Assembly: GCA_016868175.1 (NCBI GenBank)
Contig: VGHO01000001.1
Coordinates: forward strand, 15,543-79,542
DNA length: 64,000 nt
From: Betaproteobacteria bacterium
Lineage (GTDB): Bacteria > Pseudomonadota > Gammaproteobacteria > Burkholderiales > Burkholderiaceae_E
Direction of reading: 5' to 3'
The position numbers were made by a program, and so were the translations under genes. The notes beneath the pieces were generated by a model. That model worked only from the letters and a program-made list of their open reading frames with translations. It did not search any database and was not told the origin of the DNA. Shown here one piece after another: positions 18,219 to 26,561 of the stretch (positions within the stretch are counted from its first letter, which is position 1; each line of letters starts with the position of its first letter).

Positions 18219-19271
18219 ATGATCAGCTACGAAGTCACAGACTGGGGCAAGCCGCTCCGGCGCGCGTTGAGGAACACCCCCCAACCTGCCGGGACCGAAG
18301 TTCTGGTGCGGGTGCGCTACTGCGGGGTGTGCCACTCGGATGTGCATATCCGCGAGGGATACTTCGACCTCGGCGGTGGTCGCAGGTTCCACATGGAGCA
18401 GCGCGGCATGAAACTTCCGGTGATCCTTGGCCACGAGCCCTTTGGTACCGTGATTGCGGCTGGGCCTGAGGCGGTGCGGGTGCCGATCGGGGAGGATCGG
18501 CTGGTCTATCCCTGGACAGGTTGCGGGCAGTGCGCGCGATGCCGCGAAGGCATGGACAACTGGTGCCCGGCTCCGCGCTACCTGGGTATTCAACGCTCCG
18601 GCGGTTACGCAGACCATCTTTTGGTGCCGCATCCGAAGTACCTGATCGACGCGGAAGGCATCGACCCGCGCTACGCCCCGATCCTTGCCTGTTCCGGGCT
18701 CACCACCTACAGCGCGATACGTAAATTGATGCCCTTCAGCACCGATGACTGGATCGTGGTGATGGGTGCAGGCGGGCTCGGCCTGATGGCGGTGGCGGTG
18801 CTCAAGGCACTGGGCCATGCGAAGGTCGCAGTGTGCGAGATCGAAGCCTCGAAGTGGGACGCCGCTCGCGAGGCGGGCGCGGAGCTGTGTTTCGACCCTC
18901 GCGATCCTGCAAGTCCTGCCAGGCTTCAAGCCCTGCCCGGCGGAGTGTGGGGGGTGGTTGACCTGGTGGGAGCGGAGAACACCGCCACGCTCGGAATCGC
19001 TGCACTGCGCAAGGGCGGGCGTTACATCGTGGTGGGGCTGTACGGCGGCGAGATTCCGTTGTCGCTGGTTCCCACAGCCCAGCGCGCGCTTACCATCCAG
19101 GGCTCGTATGTGGGGTCGCTTGCCGAAATGCACGAGGTGATGGCGCTGGCACGCAGTGGCAAGCTCAAGCCGATCCCCGTGGCCGAGTGCAGCATGGATC
19201 AGGTGTCGGAGATCCTCGACCAACTCAAGGCCGGGACGGTGATCGGCCGCGTGGTGGCGAAAGCCGACTGA
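18219..19271 (+). CDS. Zinc-dependent alcohol dehydrogenase family oxidoreductase
   Basis: GVCHSDVH catalytic zinc motif, structural zinc cysteines CGQCARCREGMDNWC, and nucleotide fold VMGAGGLG. Confidence 0.85.
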   Translation: MISYEVTDWGKPLRRALRNTPQPAGTEVLVRVRYCGVCHSDVHIREGYFDLGGGRRFHMEQRGMKLPVILGHEPFGTVIAAGPEAVRVPIGEDRLVYPWTGCGQCARCREGMDNWCPAPRYLGIQRSGGYADHLLVPHPKYLIDAEGIDPRYAPILACSGLTTYSAIRKLMPFSTDDWIVVMGAGGLGLMAVAVLKALGHAKVAVCEIEASKWDAAREAGAELCFDPRDPASPARLQALPGGVWGVVDLVGAENTATLGIAALRKGGRYIVVGLYGGEIPLSLVPTAQRALTIQGSYVGSLAEMHEVMALARSGKLKPIPVAECSMDQVSEILDQLKAGTVIGRVVAKAD

Positions 19272-19290
19272 ACGGGTTGAACCGGAACCG

Positions 19291-20229
19291 CTAGCCGCGC
19301 ACCTCACGAAATCGGTGCCACTGCATGTAGAGCACGCCGACCATCACCACGGTGCCCCCGATCCATTGTTCGCGGGTGGGTTGCAGATCAAAGCCGATCA
19401 TCGAGACCAGCACTGCAAAGACCGGCACCGTGTTCTGCCACATCACCCCTGCCTGGATACCAAGGCGCGCCACCCCAATGTTCCAGGTGAGTGCTCCGAG
19501 GGCGGTCGACAGAACTGCAGTCATGAAGAGATTGCGCAGCGCCTCGTGAGAAGGCTCGAGATTGGGTGCTCCCACGATACCTGCGAGCCTGGCGAGGCCC
19601 CAGAAGAGCGTGAGCCACACGATCGCGGCAAGCGAGGTGAGCAGGGTGCGCTGAAGCTGAGGCACTTCCACTGGAAACCAGCGCTGGGCCAGAACCGAGT
19701 ACGCTGTCCAACCCACAAAGGAAGCGACGATCAGGATCTCGCCGCCCTGCAGTTGAATCGACGACTCCCCGGGCTGCGAACTGCCAAACACCGCAATGGC
19801 TGCGCCCGCCATCGTGAGCAGCGCGGCACCGCCGAAGCCTCGTTCCAGTTGCGCGCCGGTCAGCCACCGGTTGGTCAGGGCACTGTAGACCGGTGAGCCA
19901 GCCATGATTGCTGCCGCAGTGATCGTGTTGGTGTAGAGAAGCCCCAGGTTGTAGAACACGAAGAAACTGCTCAGACAGCCGCTCATCACGAGCAGCCGGC
20001 CTGAGCTTATGGGCAGCCTGAAGGCAGCGTAGCCGAGCGTGAGCAGCATTGCAGATGCGAGAATCACCGAGGCGATGCCCAACCGAAGTGGGGCAAGAAT
20101 GAAGGGATCGAAACTCGCAAAGAGCGACGCTGTGAGAGGAATGTTGAGCCCCCACACGAACGACGAATTGAGATAGCAGAGGCTTCCGGCAATCAGGTTC
20201 CCGGAGGCCCCGGACAGACGCGCGGTCAC
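19291..20229 (-). CDS. EamA/DMT family transporter
   Basis: About ten TM segments with duplicated EamA-like halves. The GTG at 20229 overlaps the upstream stop (GTGA). Confidence 0.7.
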   Translation of the reverse strand: MTARLSGASGNLIAGSLCYLNSSFVWGLNIPLTASLFASFDPFILAPLRLGIASVILASAMLLTLGYAAFRLPISSGRLLVMSGCLSSFFVFYNLGLLYTNTITAAAIMAGSPVYSALTNRWLTGAQLERGFGGAALLTMAGAAIAVFGSSQPGESSIQLQGGEILIVASFVGWTAYSVLAQRWFPVEVPQLQRTLLTSLAAIVWLTLFWGLARLAGIVGAPNLEPSHEALRNLFMTAVLSTALGALTWNIGVARLGIQAGVMWQNTVPVFAVLVSMIGFDLQPTREQWIGGTVVMVGVLYMQWHRFREVRG

Positions 20230-20990
20230 GAGGCTTCCAGCAGGTCCTTGTAGGCGTGCCAGGTGGCATGGCCGATGAGCGGCGCGGTGATCGCCAGCGC
20301 GGGCAGGAAGAATGCAAGGCTTGCTCCGATCATCAACACGATCGTGAGGGCCCACAAAAGCATTGCGAGCGGGTTCACCCAGAGCGCATGCGCGCTGCGA
20401 AAGATCGCCTCGAGCGTGTCGGCCCTGCGATCGAGCATCAGCGGTACCGACACCACCGAGATGGCAAAGGCAAGACCGGCGAAGACCGAACCGACTGCCG
20501 CCCACACGGCAAGGAACTCCAGGTTGTCCACGCTCAGAAGACGTCCGAAAACACCGGCCACGGTGGGCATCTCGTGCGGCGAAAGCAGGGCAAAAACCAC
20601 CACCGAGACCCGCGCCCAGATGATCATGAGGAAGGTGAGCATCGCCGCGAAAAATCCGATCGACTTCCAGTTGCCAAGCCAGGAGAACATGCTTGCCCGC
20701 AGGTCTGCGTGTTCTCCGTCCTGTCGCTGGCGGGAGAGTTCATAGATACCGCAGCAAACGAAGGGACCCATGAGAAAGAAGCCCGCGGTCAAGCCCATCG
20801 TCATCTGCCAGAGCGCGCCATAGATCCACTCGATCGCAAGCCCCATCGCAACGAACACCGCGCCGTAGAACATGCCGAGAAATCGGGTTTCGTTCAGATC
20901 CCGCCAGCCGCGCGCGAGCCAGCGAAGCGGCGATCCCAGCGGAATCCGCTGCGGGTGCACCACCGTGGAGCTTGAAGCAGTCGGCGTCAT
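20226..20990 (-). CDS. DUF2189 integral membrane protein
   Basis: ATG at 20990. PLRWLARGWRDL followed by four TM segments (FFLMGPFVCCGIYELSR) is typical of DUF2189. Confidence 0.65.
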   Translation of the reverse strand: MTPTASSSTVVHPQRIPLGSPLRWLARGWRDLNETRFLGMFYGAVFVAMGLAIEWIYGALWQMTMGLTAGFFLMGPFVCCGIYELSRQRQDGEHADLRASMFSWLGNWKSIGFFAAMLTFLMIIWARVSVVVFALLSPHEMPTVAGVFGRLLSVDNLEFLAVWAAVGSVFAGLAFAISVVSVPLMLDRRADTLEAIFRSAHALWVNPLAMLLWALTIVLMIGASLAFFLPALAITAPLIGHATWHAYKDLLEAS

Positions 20991-21047
20991 GACCCCAATG
21001 TAATCGGATTCGGGTTGCACAAGCCCAACTCCGGATGTTTCACCCGG

Positions 21048-21171
21048 ATCGCTCAAGCATCGCACGTCAGGCAGCCGTATCGCTCAAGCGTTGCACGTCA
21101 GGCACCCGTATCGGTTCAGCGACGGCTCGCAAGTGCGTGGATCGATTCAGGTGCGACCCACGATCGAGGCG
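21048..21171. repeat. 31-nt tandem repeat: two near-identical copies plus two decayed copies
   Basis: atcgctcaagcatcgcacgtcaggcagccgt at 21048 and atcgctcaagcgttgcacgtcaggcacccgt at 21079. Decayed copies start at 21110 and 21141, and the last one overlaps the BLUF stop codon. Confidence 0.9.
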
Positions 21172-21572
21172 CTGGCAAAGAGGTCGTTGAGGAGCGCCAT
21201 CGCTGTCGCCCCACTCATGGCGGTGGGGCGCAGTTCCGGGAGCTCACAGTATTTGAGCAGCACCGAGGGGTTGATGCGCTCGAGATTCACATGACCCATC
21301 GTCCAACCGCCAAACCAGCGCTCGGTGATCTCCTCGTAGTGCAGCAGGGTCACGTCCTGATGGCGCTGATCCCTCAGGATCTGCCCGTAGAGGGTATTGA
21401 CGGCGGCGCGGCCTCCCTCGAGCACCTGCATGAATGAAGGTTCGCTGTAGCACAGTACTCCGGTAATCCCCAGGGACGGATTGTTGGTGCGGCACGACGC
21501 CAGAATCGATTCAACAAGACCGGCGGTGCTGCTGCCCACAGGAAAGCTTGCGTAGAGCAGGCGAACGAGCAT
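21147..21572 (-). CDS. BLUF-domain protein (blue-light FAD sensor, stand-alone)
   Basis: MLVRLLYAS...GITGVLCYSEPSFMQVLEG...LYGQILRDQRHQDV...FGGWTM is the canonical BLUF pattern. The ATG at 21572 lies 2 nt after the folE stop. Confidence 0.85.
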   Translation of the reverse strand: MLVRLLYASFPVGSSTAGLVESILASCRTNNPSLGITGVLCYSEPSFMQVLEGGRAAVNTLYGQILRDQRHQDVTLLHYEEITERWFGGWTMGHVNLERINPSVLLKYCELPELRPTAMSGATAMALLNDLFASASIVGRT

Positions 21573-21574
21573 GG

Positions 21575-22246
21575 TCAGGCCCTTTTCGACTGGATGAGCG
21601 AGAGGAATTCGCGGCGCAGGTTGGCGTCCTTGAGGAAGGAGCCGCGCATGACCGAATTGATCATGCGCGAGCCCACATCCTTCACGCCGCGCCAGTGCAT
21701 GCAGAAGTGATCGGCCTCCATCACGATCGCAAGACCGTCGGGCGACATTTTCTCCTGCAGGATGTCGGCGAGTTGAACGACGGCTTCCTCCTGAATCTGG
21801 GGGCGACTCATGATCCAGTCGGCCACGCGCGCAAACTTGGAAAGGCCGATCAGATTCGAATGCTCGTTGGGCATCACGCCGATCCACACCTCGCCCATGA
21901 TGGGACACAAGTGGTGCGAGCAGGCGCTACGGACCGTGACCGGACCGATGATCATCAGCTCGTTGAGATTCGAGACGTTGGGAAACTCGGTCATCGAGGG
22001 CATCGCATGGTAGCGACCGCGAAACACCTCGTGCACGAACATCCTGGCCACACGCCTGCCGGTTTCCTGGGTGTTGTGGTCGCCCTCGGTGTCGATCACA
22101 AGACTCTGAAGCACGCTCTCCATCCTGGCCTGCACCTCGAGCACCAGTGCCTCGAGCTCGCCCGGGCGAATGAATCCGGCGATGTTGTCGTTGGCGTGAA
22201 AGCGCGCTCCCGCGCTGCGGATGCGGGCACGGATCTGTTCCGACAT
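21575..22246 (-). CDS. folE: GTP cyclohydrolase I FolE
   Basis: TGRRVARMF, VRSACSHHLCPI, IGLSKFARV and RPQIQEEA motifs. ATG at 22246 gives 223 aa (E. coli FolE is 222). The upstream in-frame extension to 22387 has poor GC3. Confidence 0.9.
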   Translation of the reverse strand: MSEQIRARIRSAGARFHANDNIAGFIRPGELEALVLEVQARMESVLQSLVIDTEGDHNTQETGRRVARMFVHEVFRGRYHAMPSMTEFPNVSNLNELMIIGPVTVRSACSHHLCPIMGEVWIGVMPNEHSNLIGLSKFARVADWIMSRPQIQEEAVVQLADILQEKMSPDGLAIVMEADHFCMHWRGVKDVGSRMINSVMRGSFLKDANLRREFLSLIQSKRA

Positions 22247-22622
22247 CGGTCTTCCGAGCGCGGACAGTGCCTCAGGGCGGTCAGGACCAGTGCCCTGTGG
22301 ATGCAATGCATTCTCCCCAGAACCGTCATTCAAGTGTTCATCATGGGGCATCTGCAGGGCAACCGAGGGAGGTAGTTTGTCGTTCATGAGGCGGTTTGCG
22401 ATGGAGGTGGTGGCCGGAGGGTAGCCCGACCCAATCTGGTGCATGCGAGCACCCCTCGGCCAAGGCGGGAATTCGGCACCGCACCGGCAAGCCGCGCGTA
22501 GCCGGCGGGTGTTCCATGGATACGCCACGGGTAGTCCTCAAGCCATCCACGGTTGCGTTTCCGGAACCACGCGACCAGGCACTTCCAACGATCCCAGACT
22601 GCGGATCCTGCATACTTCGCAA

Positions 22623-23465
22623 ATGGTCGCACAGAGGCGGATCACCGATGCGAAGGCGCACGAACTCGCGTCGTGGTTGCGCACCCAGCGCCGGTCGCAT
22701 GCACCTCTGGGGCCTCTTCCTGCCGAGTTCCTGCCACTCTCAGCCCACGACGCAGTTCATGTCCAGTCGGTGTTCGTCCGGCTCAAGTCGCAGGAGCACG
22801 GTGATCCAGTGGGCTGGAAGATCGCGCTCGCCACGCAGGTCATGCAGGCGATGGTGGGTCTGGATGCCCCGATTGCGGGGCGTCTTCATGCTGGGCAGAT
22901 TCTGTCGTCGCCGGCCAGCGTTGAACACCACAACTACCAGCGCCTGCTCGTGGAGTTCGAGATTGCAGTGCTCCTTGGAAGCGATCTCGAGGCGCGCCCC
23001 GGCAACCCTGCGCGGCCCCATGACCACGCCAGCGTGGCACCCGCAGTGGAGGCGGTGGCACCTGCGATGGAAATTGCCGATGACCGCCGCGCGGACTACC
23101 GTCAGATGGGCGCGCACGGCCCGCAACTGATCGCTGACAATGCGTGGAACGAGGGTGGGGTGATGGGCGTCTGGCGTCGCGACTGGGCGGGGCTTGGAAG
23201 TGCCTCCGAGGGCCTCGGCAGCCTTCGCGGGGAGGCATGGATCAACGATGCTCCCGTTGGGCAAGGGTTCGGTCGGGATCTGATGGGGCACCCCTTCGAT
23301 GCGCTGGCCTGGCTCGCCAATGAGGCGATTCGGCGCGGAGTTCATCTCCGCAAGGGTGAGATCGCGATCCTCGGGTCACTCGTTACCTCCAGGTTTCCGC
23401 AGCCTGGCGACCGCCTGGGCTTCGTTCTTGATGGTTTTGCGCCGATCCAACTGGCCGTGCGCTGA
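22623..23465 (+). CDS. 2-keto-4-pentenoate hydratase / FAH-fold hydratase-decarboxylase family
   Basis: ATG at 22623. GWKIALATQVMQ, EFEIAVLLG and EIAILGSL motifs resemble the MhpD/HpcG family. Confidence 0.65.
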   Translation: MVAQRRITDAKAHELASWLRTQRRSHAPLGPLPAEFLPLSAHDAVHVQSVFVRLKSQEHGDPVGWKIALATQVMQAMVGLDAPIAGRLHAGQILSSPASVEHHNYQRLLVEFEIAVLLGSDLEARPGNPARPHDHASVAPAVEAVAPAMEIADDRRADYRQMGAHGPQLIADNAWNEGGVMGVWRRDWAGLGSASEGLGSLRGEAWINDAPVGQGFGRDLMGHPFDALAWLANEAIRRGVHLRKGEIAILGSLVTSRFPQPGDRLGFVLDGFAPIQLAVR

Positions 23466-23597
23466 CGCGGCGGATCCGCGGCGCGTCGTGCTGTGCCGAC
23501 GGGCGATTGGGGGGTGTTGCAACGCGAGGAAAGGGCGGGTGCGATCGGACCGTGGGTTGTGTCTTGCACCTTGAGTATCTGCTGAGCGGGAGCCTTC

Positions 23598-24206
23598 ATG
23601 CGTTACCGACGTCGATCGTTGCTCGTGCGTGGACCCGGTTTCGGTTTCGCAATCCTGGCCGGATCAGGTCCGCTGTTGAGGGTGGCGCAGGCGGCCAGTG
23701 CGGCGCCCCTTGCAAGGCTGCGGCTTGCGCCCGACGAAGTGCTCCTGATGCGTCACGCCGATGCCCCGGGTTTCAGCGATCCGGATGGTTTTCGCCTCGA
23801 TGACTGCGCCACGCAGCGCAACCTTGGTGACCTCGGACGTGCTCAGGCGCGGGCGCTGGGTCGATGGCTTCGGGCCGAGGGTCTGGCACCCATGGAAGTC
23901 TGGACGAGTCCCTGGTGCCGATGCGTCGACACAGCCCGCTTGCTCGACCTCGGAGAGCCTCAGGCCAAGGCCTTTCTCGGATCCTTCTTCCGCGAACGCG
24001 AACGCGCCGATGAGCATACCCGGCAACTGCGCGATGCTCTGGCGATGCGGATTGCGGCCCGACCGCCCCGACCCCTGATTGCAGTGACGCACCAGGTGAA
24101 CATTTCGGCCTACGCCGGCGCAGCGCTGGGGTCCGGTGAGGTCCTCAGGGTGCGCCTCCGGGTCGACGGTTCCCCTCGCGAAACTGCACGCATCGAAGCA
24201 GGCTGA
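23598..24206 (+). CDS. Histidine phosphatase family protein (secreted)
   Basis: Twin-arginine-like leader (RRRSLL) and the RHAD/RHG catalytic motif LLMRHADAPG of the phosphoglycerate-mutase-like superfamily. Confidence 0.7.
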   Translation: MRYRRRSLLVRGPGFGFAILAGSGPLLRVAQAASAAPLARLRLAPDEVLLMRHADAPGFSDPDGFRLDDCATQRNLGDLGRAQARALGRWLRAEGLAPMEVWTSPWCRCVDTARLLDLGEPQAKAFLGSFFRERERADEHTRQLRDALAMRIAARPPRPLIAVTHQVNISAYAGAALGSGEVLRVRLRVDGSPRETARIEAG

Positions 24207-24236
24207 GGGACATTTCGGGCTCGGGGATTGACCCCT

Positions 24237-25016
24237 TCAATTCCGCCTGGGGCCTGCGCCGAGGCGTATGGCAGCCAGCACAAACCATCGCAGGCTGTAG
24301 AGCAGGATGAGGCCGCCGAGAAGATCGCCGCAAAGCATCGCTGCAAAGCTCTGCGCAAAGCTCGCTTTCACCCCTGTGGGGTTGCTGCTGCCGGCTTCGG
24401 ATGGCAGTCGCGCGGGATCCTTGCCGCTTTCGGGTATTGCATGGATGGGGTTGCCCGGATGAGGCCGGTCCACCTGCGAGGTAGTCGAGCTCGCGGTGTC
24501 GTGCTGCTCGAGCCAGGTCGTGAGCGCGTAGGTGCCGATGTGACCGCCCGAGTTGAGGATCGCCGAAAGGCACACAAGTGCAATGAGCGATGAACTGTTG
24601 ATCCTCGCCGGTCCGAGACCCTCGAGGTCTCGCGACCAAGACCTTGCGCCATCTGGACGGGTTCCCTGGTCTGCAGGATTGTTTCCGCGCTTCACGAGTT
24701 GATGCGCAATCCACGCGCAGTAGCCGGATACCAGGGGAAGCACAAACGCGGTGAGCGGGGCGCTGCCCCAGAGTTCGCGCGTTGTCAATGCAGACGTGAG
24801 CGCGATACCCGTTGCCCCCCAGAAGCCGAAGAGCAGGCTCAGCAGCACGCGCATGCCATGCGGAAAGAAGACAAGGTTGATACCCGGCGCAACCTCGAGC
24901 GCCTGAAAAAGGAGCCGGTTGGCCTCCCAGCAAAGTACCCAGAGGGTGCCCGAGGCCACGATCATGGCGAGCCGAAGGAGAACGCGAGGCCCGAGACTCG
25001 AACGAAAATCACGCAT
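24237..25016 (-). CDS. Hypothetical polytopic membrane protein with a low-complexity loop
   Basis: ATG at 25016. Several hydrophobic helices and high GC3. No family was recognised. Confidence 0.45.
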   Translation of the reverse strand: MRDFRSSLGPRVLLRLAMIVASGTLWVLCWEANRLLFQALEVAPGINLVFFPHGMRVLLSLLFGFWGATGIALTSALTTRELWGSAPLTAFVLPLVSGYCAWIAHQLVKRGNNPADQGTRPDGARSWSRDLEGLGPARINSSSLIALVCLSAILNSGGHIGTYALTTWLEQHDTASSTTSQVDRPHPGNPIHAIPESGKDPARLPSEAGSSNPTGVKASFAQSFAAMLCGDLLGGLILLYSLRWFVLAAIRLGAGPRRN

Positions 25017-25130
25017 GTTGGACGGGTCCTTCCGCAGGGCTGTGCATCGGTGCATCAAGGATTGGAGCCTGAATCTGCTGGCGCATGTCGCAAAGGCGGT
25101 GATGCAGCCCGATATCTGCGCGAGGCGGCA

Positions 25131-26561
25131 TCACCCAGACGTGATCCCTGCATGGGTGAAGGCTTGCCAGCCTGCAAAGCGGTGATCCTCGCCGAGCGAC
25201 TCCTCGAGCCGCAGCAACTCGTTCCACTTCACCATGCGTTCGCCGCGGGCAAAGGAGCCGACCTTGAGTTGGGGTACCGACCAGCCGAGGGCCATGTGCA
25301 CGATGCTGTGGTCTTCGGTTTCACCCGAGCGGGCCGAAACGATGCCACCGTAGCCGAGTTCAAGCGCCTGCCGCCAAGCCTGCAGCGTCTCGCTGACCGT
25401 GCCGCGCTGATTGGGCTTGAGCAACACCGCGTTGGCTGCTCCAAGCGCGTGGGCTTGGCGGATTCGCGCTGCATCGGTGACAAGGAAGTCATCCCCCACC
25501 ACCTGCACCTTGCCCCGGAGTGCCTGGGTGATCTGGACAAAACCGACTGCGTCATCCTCATCCAGGGGATCCTCGAGCGATACGATCGGGTAACGATCGA
25601 CCCAGCCCAGCAACATGGCGATCATTCCGTCGCGATCGAGGGTGCGGCCCTCATGGTCGAGTTGGTAACCACCAGCCACCTTCAGCTGGCTTGCGGCCAC
25701 ATCGAGCGCGATGCACACCTCGCTCCCGGGCTGAAGGCCGGCGGCCTCGATGCTGCGCAGGAGCGTCTCGATACCCTCCTCGTTGCTCTTGAAGGCGGGC
25801 CACCAACCGCCCTCATCGGCCACGCCGTGCCGGCTTCCCCGGCGCCGCATCGCCGCGCCTGCGGCCATGTAGACCCGCGCGGTCCATTCGAGCGCCTGCG
25901 CCGCGCTGCTGGCTCCCGGACAGGTGACCATGAAGTCCTGGATGTCGACGCTGCCGGCGGCGTGTGCGCCCCCACCGAAGATCTGGATCTGCGGCAGTGG
26001 CAGGCGCAGTGCCAGACCTGTGCGCGCCTGCGCTGTGGCGCGCTCCCTGGGCTCCGGAGCTCCATGCCCCTGTGGATCCCCGTGCGCGGGCCCGGCTGCC
26101 CCCTCGCCGATCGCAGCTGGCTCAAGGGTGGCAAGATGCCTATACAGCGGCACGCCAAGTGATTGCGCCGCCGCCTTGGCGCAAGCGAGCGACAGGGCAA
26201 GCGTTGCGTTTGCGCCCACAGTGCGCTTGTCGACAAACGGGTCGGCATGCTGGAGTTGTTGGTCGATAGCCCACTGATCGCAGGCGTGCACCCCGATCAG
26301 GGAGGGGGCGAGCACCTCGCGGATACTCCTCAGTGCCGATTGCACGTCATGGCCCCCGAGCCGGGCGCCGCCGTCCCGCAGCTCGCGCGCTTCGCCCCTC
26401 CCGGTCGAGGCGCCTGCAGGAGCCTGCCCCAGGGCCACTGAACCGTCCTGAAGCCTCAGCTCGGCCTCCACGGTAGGCCGCCCGCGGCTATCCCAGATGC
26501 GGCGGCAGCGAATCGCAGTGATCGCCGTATCCCCTGGCGCGGCGGTGCGCTCTGGCTTCAT
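25131..26561 (-). CDS. Enolase-family protein (divergent paralog)
   Basis: Motifs GASTG, ADEGG, ALDVAAS, SLEDP, VVGDD, LLKPNQ, SGETED and KVGS are colinear with enolase. The ATG at 26561 overlaps the upstream stop (ATGA). Confidence 0.8.
   Translation of the reverse strand: MKPERTAAPGDTAITAIRCRRIWDSRGRPTVEAELRLQDGSVALGQAPAGASTGRGEARELRDGGARLGGHDVQSALRSIREVLAPSLIGVHACDQWAIDQQLQHADPFVDKRTVGANATLALSLACAKAAAQSLGVPLYRHLATLEPAAIGEGAAGPAHGDPQGHGAPEPRERATAQARTGLALRLPLPQIQIFGGGAHAAGSVDIQDFMVTCPGASSAAQALEWTARVYMAAGAAMRRRGSRHGVADEGGWWPAFKSNEEGIETLLRSIEAAGLQPGSEVCIALDVAASQLKVAGGYQLDHEGRTLDRDGMIAMLLGWVDRYPIVSLEDPLDEDDAVGFVQITQALRGKVQVVGDDFLVTDAARIRQAHALGAANAVLLKPNQRGTVSETLQAWRQALELGYGGIVSARSGETEDHSIVHMALGWSVPQLKVGSFARGERMVKWNELLRLEESLGEDHRFAGWQAFTHAGITSG

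Noticed and set aside
22247-22387. Longer folE start (MNDKLPP..., 270 aa)
   Set aside because: The extra 47 codons are rich in A/T-ending codons, unlike the rest of the gene, and the ATG at 22246 gives the canonical length of about 222 aa.
22247-22622. Possible ZTP (pfl) or THF-type riboswitch in the long leader upstream of folE
   Set aside because: A GGGTCG...CCGCCT pair caught my eye. However, the conserved ZTP elements (ACUGGCG, CCGGGGAG and the CCGCCUGGGC 3' pseudoknot strand) are absent. I also cannot reproduce a THF consensus from memory well enough to claim one. A covariance-model scan (Rfam RF01750, RF01831, RF03111) would settle it.
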